DNA from: Candidatus Moranbacteria bacterium UBA2282
Lineage (GTDB): Bacteria; Patescibacteriota; Minisyncoccia; Moranbacterales; UBA2206
Assembly (NCBI GenBank): GCA_002345745.1
Contig: DDWQ01000014.1
Location: 4,439-68,438 of the forward strand
Length of the DNA stretch: 64,000 bases
Direction of reading: 5' to 3'
In this document: one piece after another, positions 27,978 to 38,531 of the stretch
How positions within the stretch are numbered: the stretch's first letter is position 1
Layout: each line of letters starts with the position of its first letter
The notes under the pieces: generated by a model
Told to the model about the DNA's origin: nothing
The model's input: only the letters and a program-made list of their open reading frames with translations
Database searches by the model: none
Translations under genes and position numbers: made by a program

Positions 27978-28043
27978 AATAGAAACACATCTTTTGAGTG
28001 TATGAGTTGCGTCCGTTTGCATTGCTGGTTCGTATTACTTAAT

Positions 28044-28460
28044 ATGAGCCAAAATTTACATCAAATATTTAAGAATATAGGTGAAATTGAACCGACAGAA
28101 AATCTTTCTGGTCGAATTTTTGCCTGTGTTTCAACGGAAAAAGACAGAATTATCAAAAGAAAATTGATGGTTTCTCGTTTGGGACTCGGCACATCAGCGG
28201 TAGTTTTTCTGGTCGCTAGTTTCACTTTTGGTTCTGCTATTTCACAATCGGAATTTTGGAGCATTATGTCTTTGGTTTTCTCTGATATGGTGATGGTGGC
28301 ACAGAATTGGCAAGATTTCACCTTTTCACTGCTGGAAACTTTCCCAACAGTCAGTGTAGTGGCAATTTTGGTTCCAATTATGACATTGCTATTTTCATTC
28401 AGTATCTATTTGGAAGCAAGTAATAAACAACAAAATCATGAAAGAATTTATTCAATCTAA
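28044..28460 (+). CDS. hypothetical membrane protein (3 predicted TM)
   Basis: Hydrophobic segments only; start chosen at MSQNLHQ. Confidence 0.4.
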   Translation: MSQNLHQIFKNIGEIEPTENLSGRIFACVSTEKDRIIKRKLMVSRLGLGTSAVVFLVASFTFGSAISQSEFWSIMSLVFSDMVMVAQNWQDFTFSLLETFPTVSVVAILVPIMTLLFSFSIYLEASNKQQNHERIYSI

Positions 28461-28953
28461 AATATTTAAAATAGTTGCCGCAATTATTGGTGGTTTTTTG
28501 ATTGTGATAATTATTTTTAGTGCAGGCGTCTCTGTTGGTTTGCACAAAGCTAGGTTTTCTGCAGATTTTGGTCGAAATTATGAACGTAACTTTATGGGGT
28601 CGCGATTTGATAATAAAGATGATGATAGGAATCGTGGTGGCACAATGATTGGGCACCCTGGATTTGTCGGCAATATGATGAATCAAATCGAAGGACGTGA
28701 TTTGCGTAATGCACATGGGTTGTCTGGCAGTATCGTTTCTATCACTGATAATAATATTATAATTAAAGATGTAAATGATAGAGAAAGCACAGTAACTGTT
28801 TCTGAAAAAACTTTAATAAAATCACAAACAGATAACTTGCAATTAAGTGATCTAAAAGTAGATGATCAAATTGTAATCATAGGCAATCCAGATGAGAATG
28901 GCACTGTGAATGCTAGTTTAATTCGCATTTTTCCTAATTCACTTATAAACTAA
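28438..28953 (+). CDS. hypothetical single-pass membrane protein
   Basis: N-terminal TM IVAAIIGGFLIVIIIFSAGVSVGL; no motif recognised. Confidence 0.45.
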   Translation: MKEFIQSKIFKIVAAIIGGFLIVIIIFSAGVSVGLHKARFSADFGRNYERNFMGSRFDNKDDDRNRGGTMIGHPGFVGNMMNQIEGRDLRNAHGLSGSIVSITDNNIIIKDVNDRESTVTVSEKTLIKSQTDNLQLSDLKVDDQIVIIGNPDENGTVNASLIRIFPNSLIN

Positions 28954-28955
28954 AT

Positions 28956-30038
28956 ATGAAGAATAAATATATCTGGTTGGCAATCGCAATAATAATAATT
29001 GGAGGAAGTTATTATTGGTATAAGAAAACACACACCACTAGTCAAGCATCGCAATATAAAACAACTGTTGTTGAAAAAGGAACGCTAGTTGTTGCTGTCT
29101 CAGCCAGCGGGCAAGCTGAAGCAGTTAATCAGGTTGATTTGAAGTCGGTTGCTGCTGGTGATGCTATTAACGTTATGCAGGTGTATGTAAAAAATGATCA
29201 GACTGTAAAAAAAGGTGATTTGATCGCATTGCTAGACAGTAAAGATGCACAAAAGACTGTGCGAAATGCAGAGCTTAATTTAGAAAGTGCTAAGAACAAA
29301 TATACTCAGGCACAACGAGATTATAATAGCGATAAGATAAATAAACTTAGTCTTGAAGCGCAGAAATTGACATTGGAACAAAGTGAAAATTCTTTGGCTG
29401 ATACTAAGGAAAAGCTAGATGATTATTCAATTCGTGCACCTTTTGATGGTATCGTGACAGGTCTTAGCGTTGGGGCGGGTGATTCAGTTTCGCGTAGTGA
29501 TATTATTGCTTCAATAATTACCAGAGAGGTGCATGCTGTTGTTTCTATTAATGAAATTGATGCTGCACAAGTAAAGGTTGATAATAAAGTTACTATTACA
29601 ATCGGTGCTCTTGCTGATGCGACTATTACTGGCAAAGTGACAAAGATTGATACAATTGGTCAAACTGTTCAAAATGTAGTTACCTATAATGCTGAAATTT
29701 CTTTTGAGCAGCAAAATGAATTACTTAAACCCGGAATGAGTGTTTCGGCTGCAATTGTAACTAATACTAAACAAGATGTTATTGTTGTTCCAAGTGGTGC
29801 AATAAAAACACAAGGAAGAAAAAGTTATGTGGAAGTTTTAAATAGCGGAACAACCCCAAAGCAATTCACTGTGGAAATTGGTCTAGCAAATAATACTGAA
29901 ACAGAAATTGTTAATGGACTTAATGTTGGAGACAAAGTTGTTACACAAACAATTAATTCAAGTGCAACTAATAGCTCAACAACTAGCACAACTAGTGGTA
30001 TAAAATTGCCTGGCTTAGGTGGTGGAGGATTACACTAA
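28956..30038 (+). CDS. HlyD/MacA-type periplasmic adaptor (membrane fusion protein)
   Basis: N-terminal TM; long coiled-coil; biotinyl or lipoyl-like and beta-barrel regions; Gly-rich C-terminus. Confidence 0.75.
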   Translation: MKNKYIWLAIAIIIIGGSYYWYKKTHTTSQASQYKTTVVEKGTLVVAVSASGQAEAVNQVDLKSVAAGDAINVMQVYVKNDQTVKKGDLIALLDSKDAQKTVRNAELNLESAKNKYTQAQRDYNSDKINKLSLEAQKLTLEQSENSLADTKEKLDDYSIRAPFDGIVTGLSVGAGDSVSRSDIIASIITREVHAVVSINEIDAAQVKVDNKVTITIGALADATITGKVTKIDTIGQTVQNVVTYNAEISFEQQNELLKPGMSVSAAIVTNTKQDVIVVPSGAIKTQGRKSYVEVLNSGTTPKQFTVEIGLANNTETEIVNGLNVGDKVVTQTINSSATNSSTTSTTSGIKLPGLGGGGLH

Positions 30039-30162
30039 TCTAAAATAACCAATAAACAAAAAACAAACATCAAACAATATTCAATCATCAACTCTCAATA
30101 GCCAAACTTTTGGTGATTGTAATTTGAAATTTGTTTGGTTGTTGTATCTTGTAATTTGGTGA

Positions 30163-30849
30163 TTGAATAAAATGATTAAATGTAAAAATTTAGTAAAAAC
30201 TTATCTCAATGGAGATGTGGAAACAGTAGCACTGAAAAATGTTTCTTTTAAGATTGAAAAAGGAGAATTTGTTGCTATTATTGGACCATCTGGCTCCGGT
30301 AAATCAACTTTGATGCACATTCTAGGAGCATTGGATTCACCGACTAGCGGAGAATATTTTTTAGATGGTGCGGAAGTTTCTAGGTTAGATGATAATGAAT
30401 TGTCAGATTTGCGAAGAAACAAAATTGGCTTTGTCTTTCAGTCGTTCAATTTGTTGCCACGAGCTACTGTAATGCGTAATGTAATGTTGCCATTGTTATA
30501 TTCTGATTCATCTCAGAAAGAACGTGAGGAGCGAGCTAGAATTTGTCTTCGCTATGCTGGTATGGAAGAAAATAAATTCAATAATCTTTCTAATCAATTG
30601 TCTGGTGGACAAATGCAACGCGTGGCAATTGCTCGTTCATTAATTAATAACCCAGCAATTATTTTAGCTGATGAGCCAACGGGCAATCTAGATACCAAAA
30701 CTAGTCAAATTGTAATGAAAACTTTACGGGAATTAAATGAAAAAGGACATACGATCATAATTATCACTCATGAAAAAGAAATTGCCGATCTGACCGATCG
30801 CATAATTTCAATTCGTGATGGAATAATTGAATCGGACATTAAAAAATAA
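30163..30849 (+). CDS. ABC transporter ATP-binding protein (MacB/LolD-type)
   Basis: Walker [10 protein letters not shown]; signature [13 protein letters not shown]; Walker [12 protein letters not shown]. Confidence 0.85.
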   Translation: MNKMIKCKNLVKTYLNGDVETVALKNVSFKIEKGEFVAIIGPSGSGKSTLMHILGALDSPTSGEYFLDGAEVSRLDDNELSDLRRNKIGFVFQSFNLLPRATVMRNVMLPLLYSDSSQKEREERARICLRYAGMEENKFNNLSNQLSGGQMQRVAIARSLINNPAIILADEPTGNLDTKTSQIVMKTLRELNEKGHTIIIITHEKEIADLTDRIISIRDGIIESDIKK

Positions 30850-30853
30850 TTAT

Positions 30854-32071
30854 ATGTTTAAAGATTTATTTAATGAAACAATTTGGTCGCTGGCGGGTAA
30901 CAAAATTCGCTCTGGTTTGACAATGTTGGGAATTATTATTGGCATTGCTTCGGTGATTGCGTTAGTGGCGATTGGTCAAGGAGCACAAAATTCAATCGAA
31001 GCTAATATTGAAGCTATTGGTTCTAATTTGATTATAATATCACCCGGTGCGCAACGCAGTGCTAGTGGCATAAACACTAGTCGGGGTAGTGCGCAAACAT
31101 TAACGCTAGATGACACTAGCGCAATTGCTGCTGAAATTCAAAATGTTAATGGTATAGCTCCAGAAGTATCTAATCGATATCAAGCAATTGCTGGTGGAAA
31201 CAACACAAACACTCAAATAGTTGGCACAGTGTCAGCCTATACAACTGTACGCAATATTAATGTCGATCTCGGAACATTTATTACTGATCAACAAGTTAAA
31301 ACATCAGCTAAGGTGGCAATTTTGGGAGCGACAGCACGGGATGATTTGTTTGGTGTTGATGCTAATCCGATTGGACAGAAAGTTCGTATTAAAAATGTTG
31401 ATTTTGATGTGATTGGTGTGATGCTAGCTAAAGGTGGTTCTGGTTTTGCTAATCCAGATGACCAAATTTATGTTCCATTAACTACGGCACAACATTTTTT
31501 GTCAGGTGATAGTTTTGTATCGACGATTAGTATAGCAGCTTTAGATCAAAATTCAATGGTTGTCGTTCAACAACAGATTACTAATTTATTATTGCAACGG
31601 CATAAAATAACTGATCCAACTCAGGCCGATTTCAGTATGATGAATCAATCAGATATTATCGCGACTGCTTCAAATATTACGGGAACTTTCACGATGTTGC
31701 TTTCTTCAATTGCTGGCATTTCACTACTAGTTGGCGGTATTGGAATTATGAATATGATGTTGACAACTGTGACTGAGCGAACACGCGAAATTGGACTTCG
31801 AAAAGCGGTGGGTGTGCGAAAAATTTATATCAATTTGCAATTTTTATTTGAAGCAATTGTGCTAACTTTTTTGGGAGGTGCAGTCGGAATATTGCTCGGC
31901 TGGACAGCATCGCTTGTGATTTCTAAGTTGATTAATATGCAGGCGCAAGTTTCATTGTCTTCAATTTTGTTGGCTTTTGGAGTTTCCGCGGGGGTTGGAA
32001 TCATTTTTGGTTTCTATCCTGCCCGCAAGGCCGCAGCAATGAGCCCGATTGAAGCGTTGAGATATGAATAA
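30854..32071 (+). CDS. ABC transporter permease (FtsX/MacB-type)
   Basis: N-terminal TM, large extracytoplasmic domain, C-terminal 3-TM FtsX-like domain (MMLTTVTERTREIGLRKAVG). Start set at the ATG at 30854, just after the ATPase stop. Confidence 0.8.
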   Translation: MFKDLFNETIWSLAGNKIRSGLTMLGIIIGIASVIALVAIGQGAQNSIEANIEAIGSNLIIISPGAQRSASGINTSRGSAQTLTLDDTSAIAAEIQNVNGIAPEVSNRYQAIAGGNNTNTQIVGTVSAYTTVRNINVDLGTFITDQQVKTSAKVAILGATARDDLFGVDANPIGQKVRIKNVDFDVIGVMLAKGGSGFANPDDQIYVPLTTAQHFLSGDSFVSTISIAALDQNSMVVVQQQITNLLLQRHKITDPTQADFSMMNQSDIIATASNITGTFTMLLSSIAGISLLVGGIGIMNMMLTTVTERTREIGLRKAVGVRKIYINLQFLFEAIVLTFLGGAVGILLGWTASLVISKLINMQAQVSLSSILLAFGVSAGVGIIFGFYPARKAAAMSPIEALRYE

Positions 32072-32153
32072 TAAGACAATAACTAGGGGATACTTTTTAA
32101 AAATGTTTTAGTGTGCTAAGATTGTATAATGTTAACTTATTAAAATAAATATT

Positions 32154-32528
32154 ATGCAAGACATACAAACAGTGTTCAACGAAATCCGCGAAATGAAGAA
32201 AGAAATGAAGGGCATTCGTGAGATGTATAAAGATGCGCTTTCGCAAACTGATGATTACGCTGACATCTTGGAAAAAGCTAAGGAGTTGCGTGACAAGAAA
32301 AAAGCAATTGAGGGTCGCGTGCAAACGCAAATGGGCAAGTCCTATGAAAAATATGAAGACTTGAAAAGTGAAGTGCTGGCGACTGAAGAACTTTTGAATG
32401 ATATTGCTATGACAACTTTGATGGATGGCAAGACGGTGGAAGTTGTAGATGAATTTAGCAATAAATATGAGCCGACGTACGTGGTGAAATTCAAAAAAAC
32501 TAATAGCATTGTAACTGACGAAAAATAA
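32154..32528 (+). CDS. hypothetical coiled-coil protein
   Basis: Charged heptad-rich 124-aa ORF. Confidence 0.4.
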   Translation: MQDIQTVFNEIREMKKEMKGIREMYKDALSQTDDYADILEKAKELRDKKKAIEGRVQTQMGKSYEKYEDLKSEVLATEELLNDIAMTTLMDGKTVEVVDEFSNKYEPTYVVKFKKTNSIVTDEK

Positions 32529-32549
32529 TCAAAATAAATAGCTATACTT

Positions 32550-32747
32550 ATGAAAAAAAATACAGGCAGTATTGACCGAATAGTTCGGGCAATTGTCGGC
32601 GCAGTGCTAATTATGGCAGCTTTCCTTTTGGATGCTAATGGTTTGACCGTAGTGTTTTATGTGGTTGGTGTGGTTTTTTTGATAACTGCTATTACTGGAT
32701 TTTGTGCATTTTATAAATTTTTTAGTATTGATACTCGCAAAAAATAA
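32550..32747 (+). CDS. small 2-TM membrane protein (DUF2892/YgaP-like)
   Basis: SIDRIVRAIVGAVLI...two hydrophobic helices, 65 aa. Confidence 0.45.
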   Translation: MKKNTGSIDRIVRAIVGAVLIMAAFLLDANGLTVVFYVVGVVFLITAITGFCAFYKFFSIDTRKK

Positions 32748-32865
32748 TTGCGAGCAGTTGCATTTTTGTGGTGATGTGCTTTTTTATTGACAAAAATTGG
32801 GGGAAAGGCTATACTTTCTGAAGTAGATTATGCACCTCTGCTGGTTAACGGCAGTTTTTTTAATT

Positions 32866-32943
32866 CCTACGAACATACAAAATAATACAAAAGTACAAAA
32901 GCGACTCTTTTTTGTATTTTTGTATTAATTTGTAATTATGTAG
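32866..32943. repeat. TACAAAA/TTTTGTA heptamer palindromic array upstream of typA
   Basis: ACATACAAAATAATACAAAAGTACAAAAG cgactc TTTTTTGTATTTTTGTATTAATTTGTA. A related array lies at 52081-52169. Confidence 0.6.
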
Positions 32944-32947
32944 CCCT

Positions 32948-34726
32948 ATGGAAATCAGAAATATCGCAATTATCGCCCATGTGGATCACGGCAAAACAAC
33001 TCTAACTGATGCTATTTTGCGTCAGACAGGTATGGTAACTGACGAGTCAGTGACTATGGATTCCAACACGCTCGAAAAAGAACGAGGGATTACGATTTAT
33101 GCAAAAAACACCTCAATTTTCTATAAAGACACAAAAATTAATATCGTAGACACCCCCGGACATGCTGATTTCGGCAGTGAAGTGGAACGAGTGTTGCGTT
33201 CAATTGACAGTGTGGTTTTAGTAGTGGATGCGCAAGAAGGTCCGATGCCACAAACTCGATTTGTTTTGAAAAAATCTTTGGAATTGGGATTAAAACCAAT
33301 TGTCGTGATTAACAAAATTGACAAACCAGCGGCTCAACCTGATATTGCTCAAGAAGAAGTTTTCGAACTATTTTTAGATTTAGGAGCAACAGACGAACAA
33401 TTAGATTTCCCAGTAGTTTATGCTATTGGTCGTGAAGGGATTGCAAAATTGCATATGGATGACGAAGGGAAGGATTTGGTACCGCTTTTGGAAACATTGA
33501 TTGCTAAAGTAAAACCTGCGGAAGGTAATGTTTCTGCACCATTGCGAATTCAAACTTTCAATCTTGGTTATGATAATTTCCTAGGACGAATGGCAGTCGG
33601 TAGAATCTATGAAGGGACTGCCACAGACGGGCAGGCTGTCATAATTAAAAAGCCAACTGGCGAAACTCGAATTGGTAAGATTACTAAATTATATACATTT
33701 CATGGCACTGAGCGAAAAGAAGTTAAAGAAGCTATTGCCGGAGATATTGTAATGATTGCGGGCCTCACTGACATTTTCATTGGTGAAACAATTTGCGTGA
33801 CTGAAGATCAGGAGGCATTACCAGCAATTCACATTGATGAGCCAACCATTTCATTGAACTTCCTAGTTAATGATTCACCTTTTGCAGGACGAGAAGGAAA
33901 ATATGTCACCAACAAGCAAATCCGCGAAAGATTGGAAAAAGAATTGGAAATTAATGTTGGATTGCATATTGATTTTGAAGGTGATCATTACAAAGTCTAT
34001 GGTCGTGGAGAATTACATATTGCAATTTTGCTAGAAAATATGCGTCGTGAAGGATATGAATTGCAAGTGTCGCAACCACAAGTAATTATCAAGGAAGAAG
34101 AAGGACAAAAAGTTGAGCCATTTGAAGAAGTGACCATCGATGTGCCGGATGCTTCTGCCGGAACCATTATCGAAAAGATGGGACGAAGAAAATCGATTAT
34201 GACTAATATGAAACAATTAAATGGACAAAGTCGTTTGGTTTTTGAAGGACCAACGCGTGGACTTCTAGGTTATCGGGGAGAATTTGTTATTGATACGAAA
34301 GGTGAAGGAATTATGTCTAGTCGAGTGATCGGCTTCCGACCATATGTCGGAGAAATTCAAAGAAGGGCAGCTGGCGCGATGATTTCAATGACTAGCGGAA
34401 AAGCACTTGGATTCTCTTTGGCTAATTTGCAAGATCGCGGAAGTTTATATATTGCTCCAGCAGTGGAAGTGTATGAAGGTATGGTAATCGGCAACACTTC
34501 CAAAGGTTTGGATATGGCGGTCAACCCAACCAAAGGCAAGCAACTTTCTAATATGCGTTCTTCGGGAGCGGATGAAGCGTTGCAATTGGTGCCACATCAT
34601 GAGATTTCTATTGAAACTGGATTAGAAATTATGAACGCTGATGAATATTTGGAGGTTACGCCAAAAAGTGTCCGTTTGCGAAAGCAATATCTGACAGACA
34701 TAGAAAGAAGAAGACATTCAAGATAA
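32948..34726 (+). CDS. typA: translational GTPase TypA/BipA
   Basis: [14 protein letters not shown]; DTPGHADF; NKIDK; 592 aa. Confidence 0.9.
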   Translation: MEIRNIAIIAHVDHGKTTLTDAILRQTGMVTDESVTMDSNTLEKERGITIYAKNTSIFYKDTKINIVDTPGHADFGSEVERVLRSIDSVVLVVDAQEGPMPQTRFVLKKSLELGLKPIVVINKIDKPAAQPDIAQEEVFELFLDLGATDEQLDFPVVYAIGREGIAKLHMDDEGKDLVPLLETLIAKVKPAEGNVSAPLRIQTFNLGYDNFLGRMAVGRIYEGTATDGQAVIIKKPTGETRIGKITKLYTFHGTERKEVKEAIAGDIVMIAGLTDIFIGETICVTEDQEALPAIHIDEPTISLNFLVNDSPFAGREGKYVTNKQIRERLEKELEINVGLHIDFEGDHYKVYGRGELHIAILLENMRREGYELQVSQPQVIIKEEEGQKVEPFEEVTIDVPDASAGTIIEKMGRRKSIMTNMKQLNGQSRLVFEGPTRGLLGYRGEFVIDTKGEGIMSSRVIGFRPYVGEIQRRAAGAMISMTSGKALGFSLANLQDRGSLYIAPAVEVYEGMVIGNTSKGLDMAVNPTKGKQLSNMRSSGADEALQLVPHHEISIETGLEIMNADEYLEVTPKSVRLRKQYLTDIERRRHSR

Positions 34727-34879
34727 AAATAGCACATAAAAAGCTTTGCATTAGGCGAGGCTTTTTTTCACTTCCATACGACCATATATGGAAGTGTTTT
34801 TTTATTGCAAAAATTAGCGGGGAATTGACATAATTTAGCATAGTGATATAATATCATTATAACAAAGTAAAACAAAATT

Positions 34880-35731
34880 ATGAGCAAAAACAAAAAAATC
34901 CTAATTGGAAGCCAGTTAATTTCAGTGAATTTGTCAGAACGCGAGAATGATTACATCTCTCTCACAGATATAGCGAAATTTAAGGATAAAGAACGGACGG
35001 ATTATATTATTCAGAATTGGATGAGAAATAGGGATACTATTGAATTTTTGGGTATTTGGGAAAAAATAAACAATGTTAATTTTAAACCCATCGAATTCGA
35101 TGGGTTAAGAAAAGGTGCCGGATTAAACAGTTTTTCTTTGACACCTAAAAGATGGATTGAGTCTGTTGGGGCAGTAGGAATTGTAAACAAGGCTGGTCGC
35201 TATGGTGGTGGCACATTCGCACATAAGGACATTGCTTTTGAATTTGCAATGTGGATTTCACCGGAATTTAGATTATATCTGATTAAAGAGTTCCAACGCC
35301 TAAAAGCTGATGAAAATGAAAAGCTGGCCTTAGGATGGGATGCTAGACGAATGCTGACTAAAATAAATTATAAAATTCATACGGATGCGATCAAAGAAAA
35401 TATTGTTATGCCAGCCAAGCTTTCACAAAAAGAGGCAAATTTAGCCTATGCCAATGAGGCGGATGTTTTGAATGTGGCTTTGTTTGGAATGACGGCCAAA
35501 GACTGGCAGGACAAAAATCCTAAATTGGTTGGAAACGTTCGCGATTATTCCGACGTGACCCAATTGGTTTGTTTAGCAAACTTAGAAAATCTCAATGCGG
35601 AATATATTAGAGTCGGACTATCGCAGAAAGAACGATTAATAAAATTAAATTTGAGCGCGATTTCACAAATGAAGTCGTTACTAGGTAATGCTAGTATTAA
35701 AAAGCTAGAAAATAAAAAACAGGCATTTTGA
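34880..35731 (+). CDS. KilA-N domain protein (DinD-like)
   Basis: ISLTDIAK...GTFAHKDIAFEFAMWISPEFRLYLIKEF, characteristic KilA-N/APSES-like core. Confidence 0.6.
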   Translation: MSKNKKILIGSQLISVNLSERENDYISLTDIAKFKDKERTDYIIQNWMRNRDTIEFLGIWEKINNVNFKPIEFDGLRKGAGLNSFSLTPKRWIESVGAVGIVNKAGRYGGGTFAHKDIAFEFAMWISPEFRLYLIKEFQRLKADENEKLALGWDARRMLTKINYKIHTDAIKENIVMPAKLSQKEANLAYANEADVLNVALFGMTAKDWQDKNPKLVGNVRDYSDVTQLVCLANLENLNAEYIRVGLSQKERLIKLNLSAISQMKSLLGNASIKKLENKKQAF

Positions 35732-35755
35732 CAAGTCTAACTAATAGGGTATACT
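35728..35755 (+). promoter_or_regulatory. sigma-70-like promoter predicting a leaderless transcript
   Basis: TTGACA (35728-33), 16-nt spacer, TATACT (35750-55). The ATG of the next ORF is at 35762, about 7 nt after the -10. Confidence 0.4.
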
Positions 35756-35761
35756 GACTGT

Positions 35762-36031
35762 ATGGAAACACTTATCAAAGCTGACATTTTTTTCTTTATT
35801 TCTTCAATCGCTACAGTAGTGTTGACGGTGCTATTTTCTGTGGCGTTGTTTTATTTTATTAAGGCCGGCAGAAATCTATATTTGATTTCAGAGAAAATGC
35901 AAAATCATTTTGCAGAGTCAGAAGAATTTGTGCTTGATCTCAAGGAACGACTGGAAGATAATATGATATTCAGGATGTTTTTCCCGCCAGCACGTAGCAA
36001 GAAGCACAACGCAAAAAAAGATGAAAAATAA
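35762..36031 (+). CDS. small membrane protein, hypothetical
   Basis: 89 aa with one TM (FFFISSIATVVLTVLFSVALFYFI). Confidence 0.4.
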   Translation: METLIKADIFFFISSIATVVLTVLFSVALFYFIKAGRNLYLISEKMQNHFAESEEFVLDLKERLEDNMIFRMFFPPARSKKHNAKKDEK

Positions 36032-36039
36032 CAGACCTG

Positions 36040-36483
36040 TTGCACAATAAAAAAGTTAATTTTTTTAAAGCCTTTTTAAAATCTATGAAAAAGAAAGTGC
36101 AAAAAACCAAGGCAGTACAAATAGCAGTAATTGGTGCGAGCCTTGCTGGTCTAGCTGCAACAGCCTATTTCTTGTTCGGGCCAAAAGGAAAAAAACATCA
36201 GAAGCAGGCTAAGGCATGGGCGATTAAGATGAAAGGTGAGGTTGTAGAAAAATTGGAAATGGCACGTGAAATTACAGAACCAGTTTATAATGAAATTATT
36301 GATGCTGTTTCTGGCGAATATAAAAAAGGCAAAAAAGCGACGCAATTAGAAATTGAAGAATTAGCAAAGGACCTCAAAAAACACTGGAAATCAATGAGCA
36401 AACTGGCGCTAGCTACAAAACAAGCTGTATCAAAAGACACTGCTCGCGTAGTCAAAGCAACTAAAAAACCAGTGCGCAAATAA
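36040..36483 (+). CDS. hypothetical Lys-rich protein with N-terminal TM
   Basis: 147 aa; TM AVQIAVIGASLAGLAATAYFLF. Confidence 0.4.
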   Translation: MHNKKVNFFKAFLKSMKKKVQKTKAVQIAVIGASLAGLAATAYFLFGPKGKKHQKQAKAWAIKMKGEVVEKLEMAREITEPVYNEIIDAVSGEYKKGKKATQLEIEELAKDLKKHWKSMSKLALATKQAVSKDTARVVKATKKPVRK

Positions 36484-36600
36484 TTTTTCGTTACATATTC
36501 TGCCTGACAATATTAATAGAAAGTACCTGCTGTGGTAGGTATTTTTTAATTATCAAAATATCCGGTATAATTGTAAATGTAATGTTCTAATATTTCCAAT

Positions 36601-37185
36601 ATGACGCTGACAACAAAAATAATGAATGCAGATATCGTCGATATCCTAAATCAGGGCGGAGTGGGAGTTTTGCCAACAGATACCCTGTATGGTCTTGTGG
36701 GATCAGCTTTGCAACCGGCGAGCGTGGAGCGAGTATATAAATTGCGTCAAAGAAATATGGATAAGCCGATGATAATTTTGATCAGTTCGCTAGATGATCT
36801 GGAACTTTTTGAGATTGCTCTGGATGACGAAATCATAGAAAAAGTCGCAAGTTTTTGGCCGGGACAGGTGAGTGTGATTTTGCCGTGTCAGAATGAAAAC
36901 TTTCAATATCTGCATCGGGGCAAAAATAGTCTAGCTTTTCGTTGGCCAGCTAGAAAAGATTTACTAGAATTATTAGACCAAACTGGACCCTTGGTGGCAC
37001 CGAGCGCCAATATTGAAGGTCTCGAGCCAGCCAGAACGATTGAAGAGGCGCGGGGATATTTTGGCGAAAAAGTCGATTTTTATGTGAATCAGGGTGAAAT
37101 TGATTCATCACCTTCGACCATCGTGATAATTGATGATGGTGAATTGCGGGTGGTGCGAGATGGAGCAGTGGAAATTAAAGAATAA
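36601..37185 (+). CDS. tsaC: L-threonylcarbamoyladenylate synthase (YrdC/TsaC family)
   Basis: LPTDTLYGLVGSAL; KxRxxxKPxI-like region; 194 aa. Confidence 0.8.
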   Translation: MTLTTKIMNADIVDILNQGGVGVLPTDTLYGLVGSALQPASVERVYKLRQRNMDKPMIILISSLDDLELFEIALDDEIIEKVASFWPGQVSVILPCQNENFQYLHRGKNSLAFRWPARKDLLELLDQTGPLVAPSANIEGLEPARTIEEARGYFGEKVDFYVNQGEIDSSPSTIVIIDDGELRVVRDGAVEIKE

Positions 37186-37310
37186 TGAGTGAATGACGAA
37201 TTAAATATAGGGATGTTTCTAACTGTGGGCAATGGTAGTTGTTTTAAAAAATTTTAAATTCAGCAATAAAATGCTATACTTATGATGAAGTTTATTATTA
37301 TAAAAAATTT

Positions 37311-38372
37311 ATGCAACTAAAAAACTACAATGTCTATTTCTTTTTCACCATCCTAATTGGTATAACAATATTGGCCTATTTCGTTATAAAACCATTTTTG
37401 GTGCCATTTTTGATCGCAGCTATTTTAGCGCATCTATTTGGATTTATCTATGAAATGTTTTTGAAGCTCACGCGAAAAAGCAAAGGCACAAGTGCTATAT
37501 TAACATGTTTGCTAATCGCTTTGATAATTCTAATCCCGATCATCTCAATATCATCTTTGGTTATAAATGAAATATTAAATATTTTAAATTATTTTTCACA
37601 AAGCAGTCTTTCTGTAGGAAATATTATTAGCAACGCTGTTAATAATTTATCAGTGTTACCATTTGTCAAAACAATTGGAATAGAAAAAATTGTTAATCAG
37701 GATATGATTATGGGTGCCGCCACAAGTTTTTCTCAAAATGCATTAACTATTTTGCAAGGGGCATATCAAGGAACGGCTAGTATGATTTTGGTAACTTTTA
37801 TGATGTTTTTTGCGCTCTTTTACTTATTAATTGATGGAAAAAAATTTCTCAAAAAAATAATGCAACTTAGTCCATTGCGAAATAGCTATGAAAATATTTT
37901 AATTGAAAAATTTAATTCTATTGCGCGTGCTACGATAAAAGGAACAATTTTGATCGCGATTATACAAGGGTTTATGGGTGGTGTTTTGTTTATGGCAACC
38001 GGTGTTTATTCGCCAATTTTACTGGGTCTTTTGATGACCATAGCTTCAGTTATTCCCGCTATTGGATCTGGGTTGGTGTGGTTGCCAGTAGGAATAATTA
38101 TGTTGCTCACAGGGAATATTACAGCTGGACTAACAATAATTCTAGTTGGAGCCTTGCTTATAAGCACCTTTGATAATTTTGTCAGACCAAAATTAGTTGG
38201 CAATGATACTGAGATGCATCCGTTGCTCATTCTTTTTTCTACGCTAGGGGGAATTACACTTTTTGGGTTAGCAGGATTTATTGTTGGGCCAATTATAATG
38301 TCCTTATTTGTAACTCTGTGGGATATTTATTATATGGAATTTAGAACTCAGCTGAAAGAATTTAATAAATAG
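37311..38372 (+). CDS. AI-2E family transporter (PerM-like)
   Basis: 8 predicted TM helices; AI-2E-like topology and length. Confidence 0.7.
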   Translation: MQLKNYNVYFFFTILIGITILAYFVIKPFLVPFLIAAILAHLFGFIYEMFLKLTRKSKGTSAILTCLLIALIILIPIISISSLVINEILNILNYFSQSSLSVGNIISNAVNNLSVLPFVKTIGIEKIVNQDMIMGAATSFSQNALTILQGAYQGTASMILVTFMMFFALFYLLIDGKKFLKKIMQLSPLRNSYENILIEKFNSIARATIKGTILIAIIQGFMGGVLFMATGVYSPILLGLLMTIASVIPAIGSGLVWLPVGIIMLLTGNITAGLTIILVGALLISTFDNFVRPKLVGNDTEMHPLLILFSTLGGITLFGLAGFIVGPIIMSLFVTLWDIYYMEFRTQLKEFNK

Positions 38373-38393
38373 ACTTGTTGCGTAATAACTTAC
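38370..38393. repeat. TAGACTTGTT-type palindromic motif, left half (starts at the AI-2E stop codon)
   Basis: TAGACTTGTTGCGTAATAACTTAC. Its reverse complement matches 38508-38531 at 20 of 24 positions. Confidence 0.6.
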
Positions 38394-38507
38394 TACTGCA
38401 ATTTCCATATTTTGGTCAAATTTTCCAAAAATTTTCTTGGCTTAGCGACAGCTAAACCGCAAAAATTGTTTGAAAAATTATGCCTCAAAATCTGAAAATT
38501 TCGTTAC

Positions 38508-38531
38508 GCAACTTATTAAGCAACAAATCTA
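38508..38531. repeat. TAGACTTGTT-type palindromic motif, right half (ends 1 nt before the lgt ATG)
   Basis: GCAACTTATTAAGCAACAAATCTA, then ATG at 38532. Confidence 0.6.
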
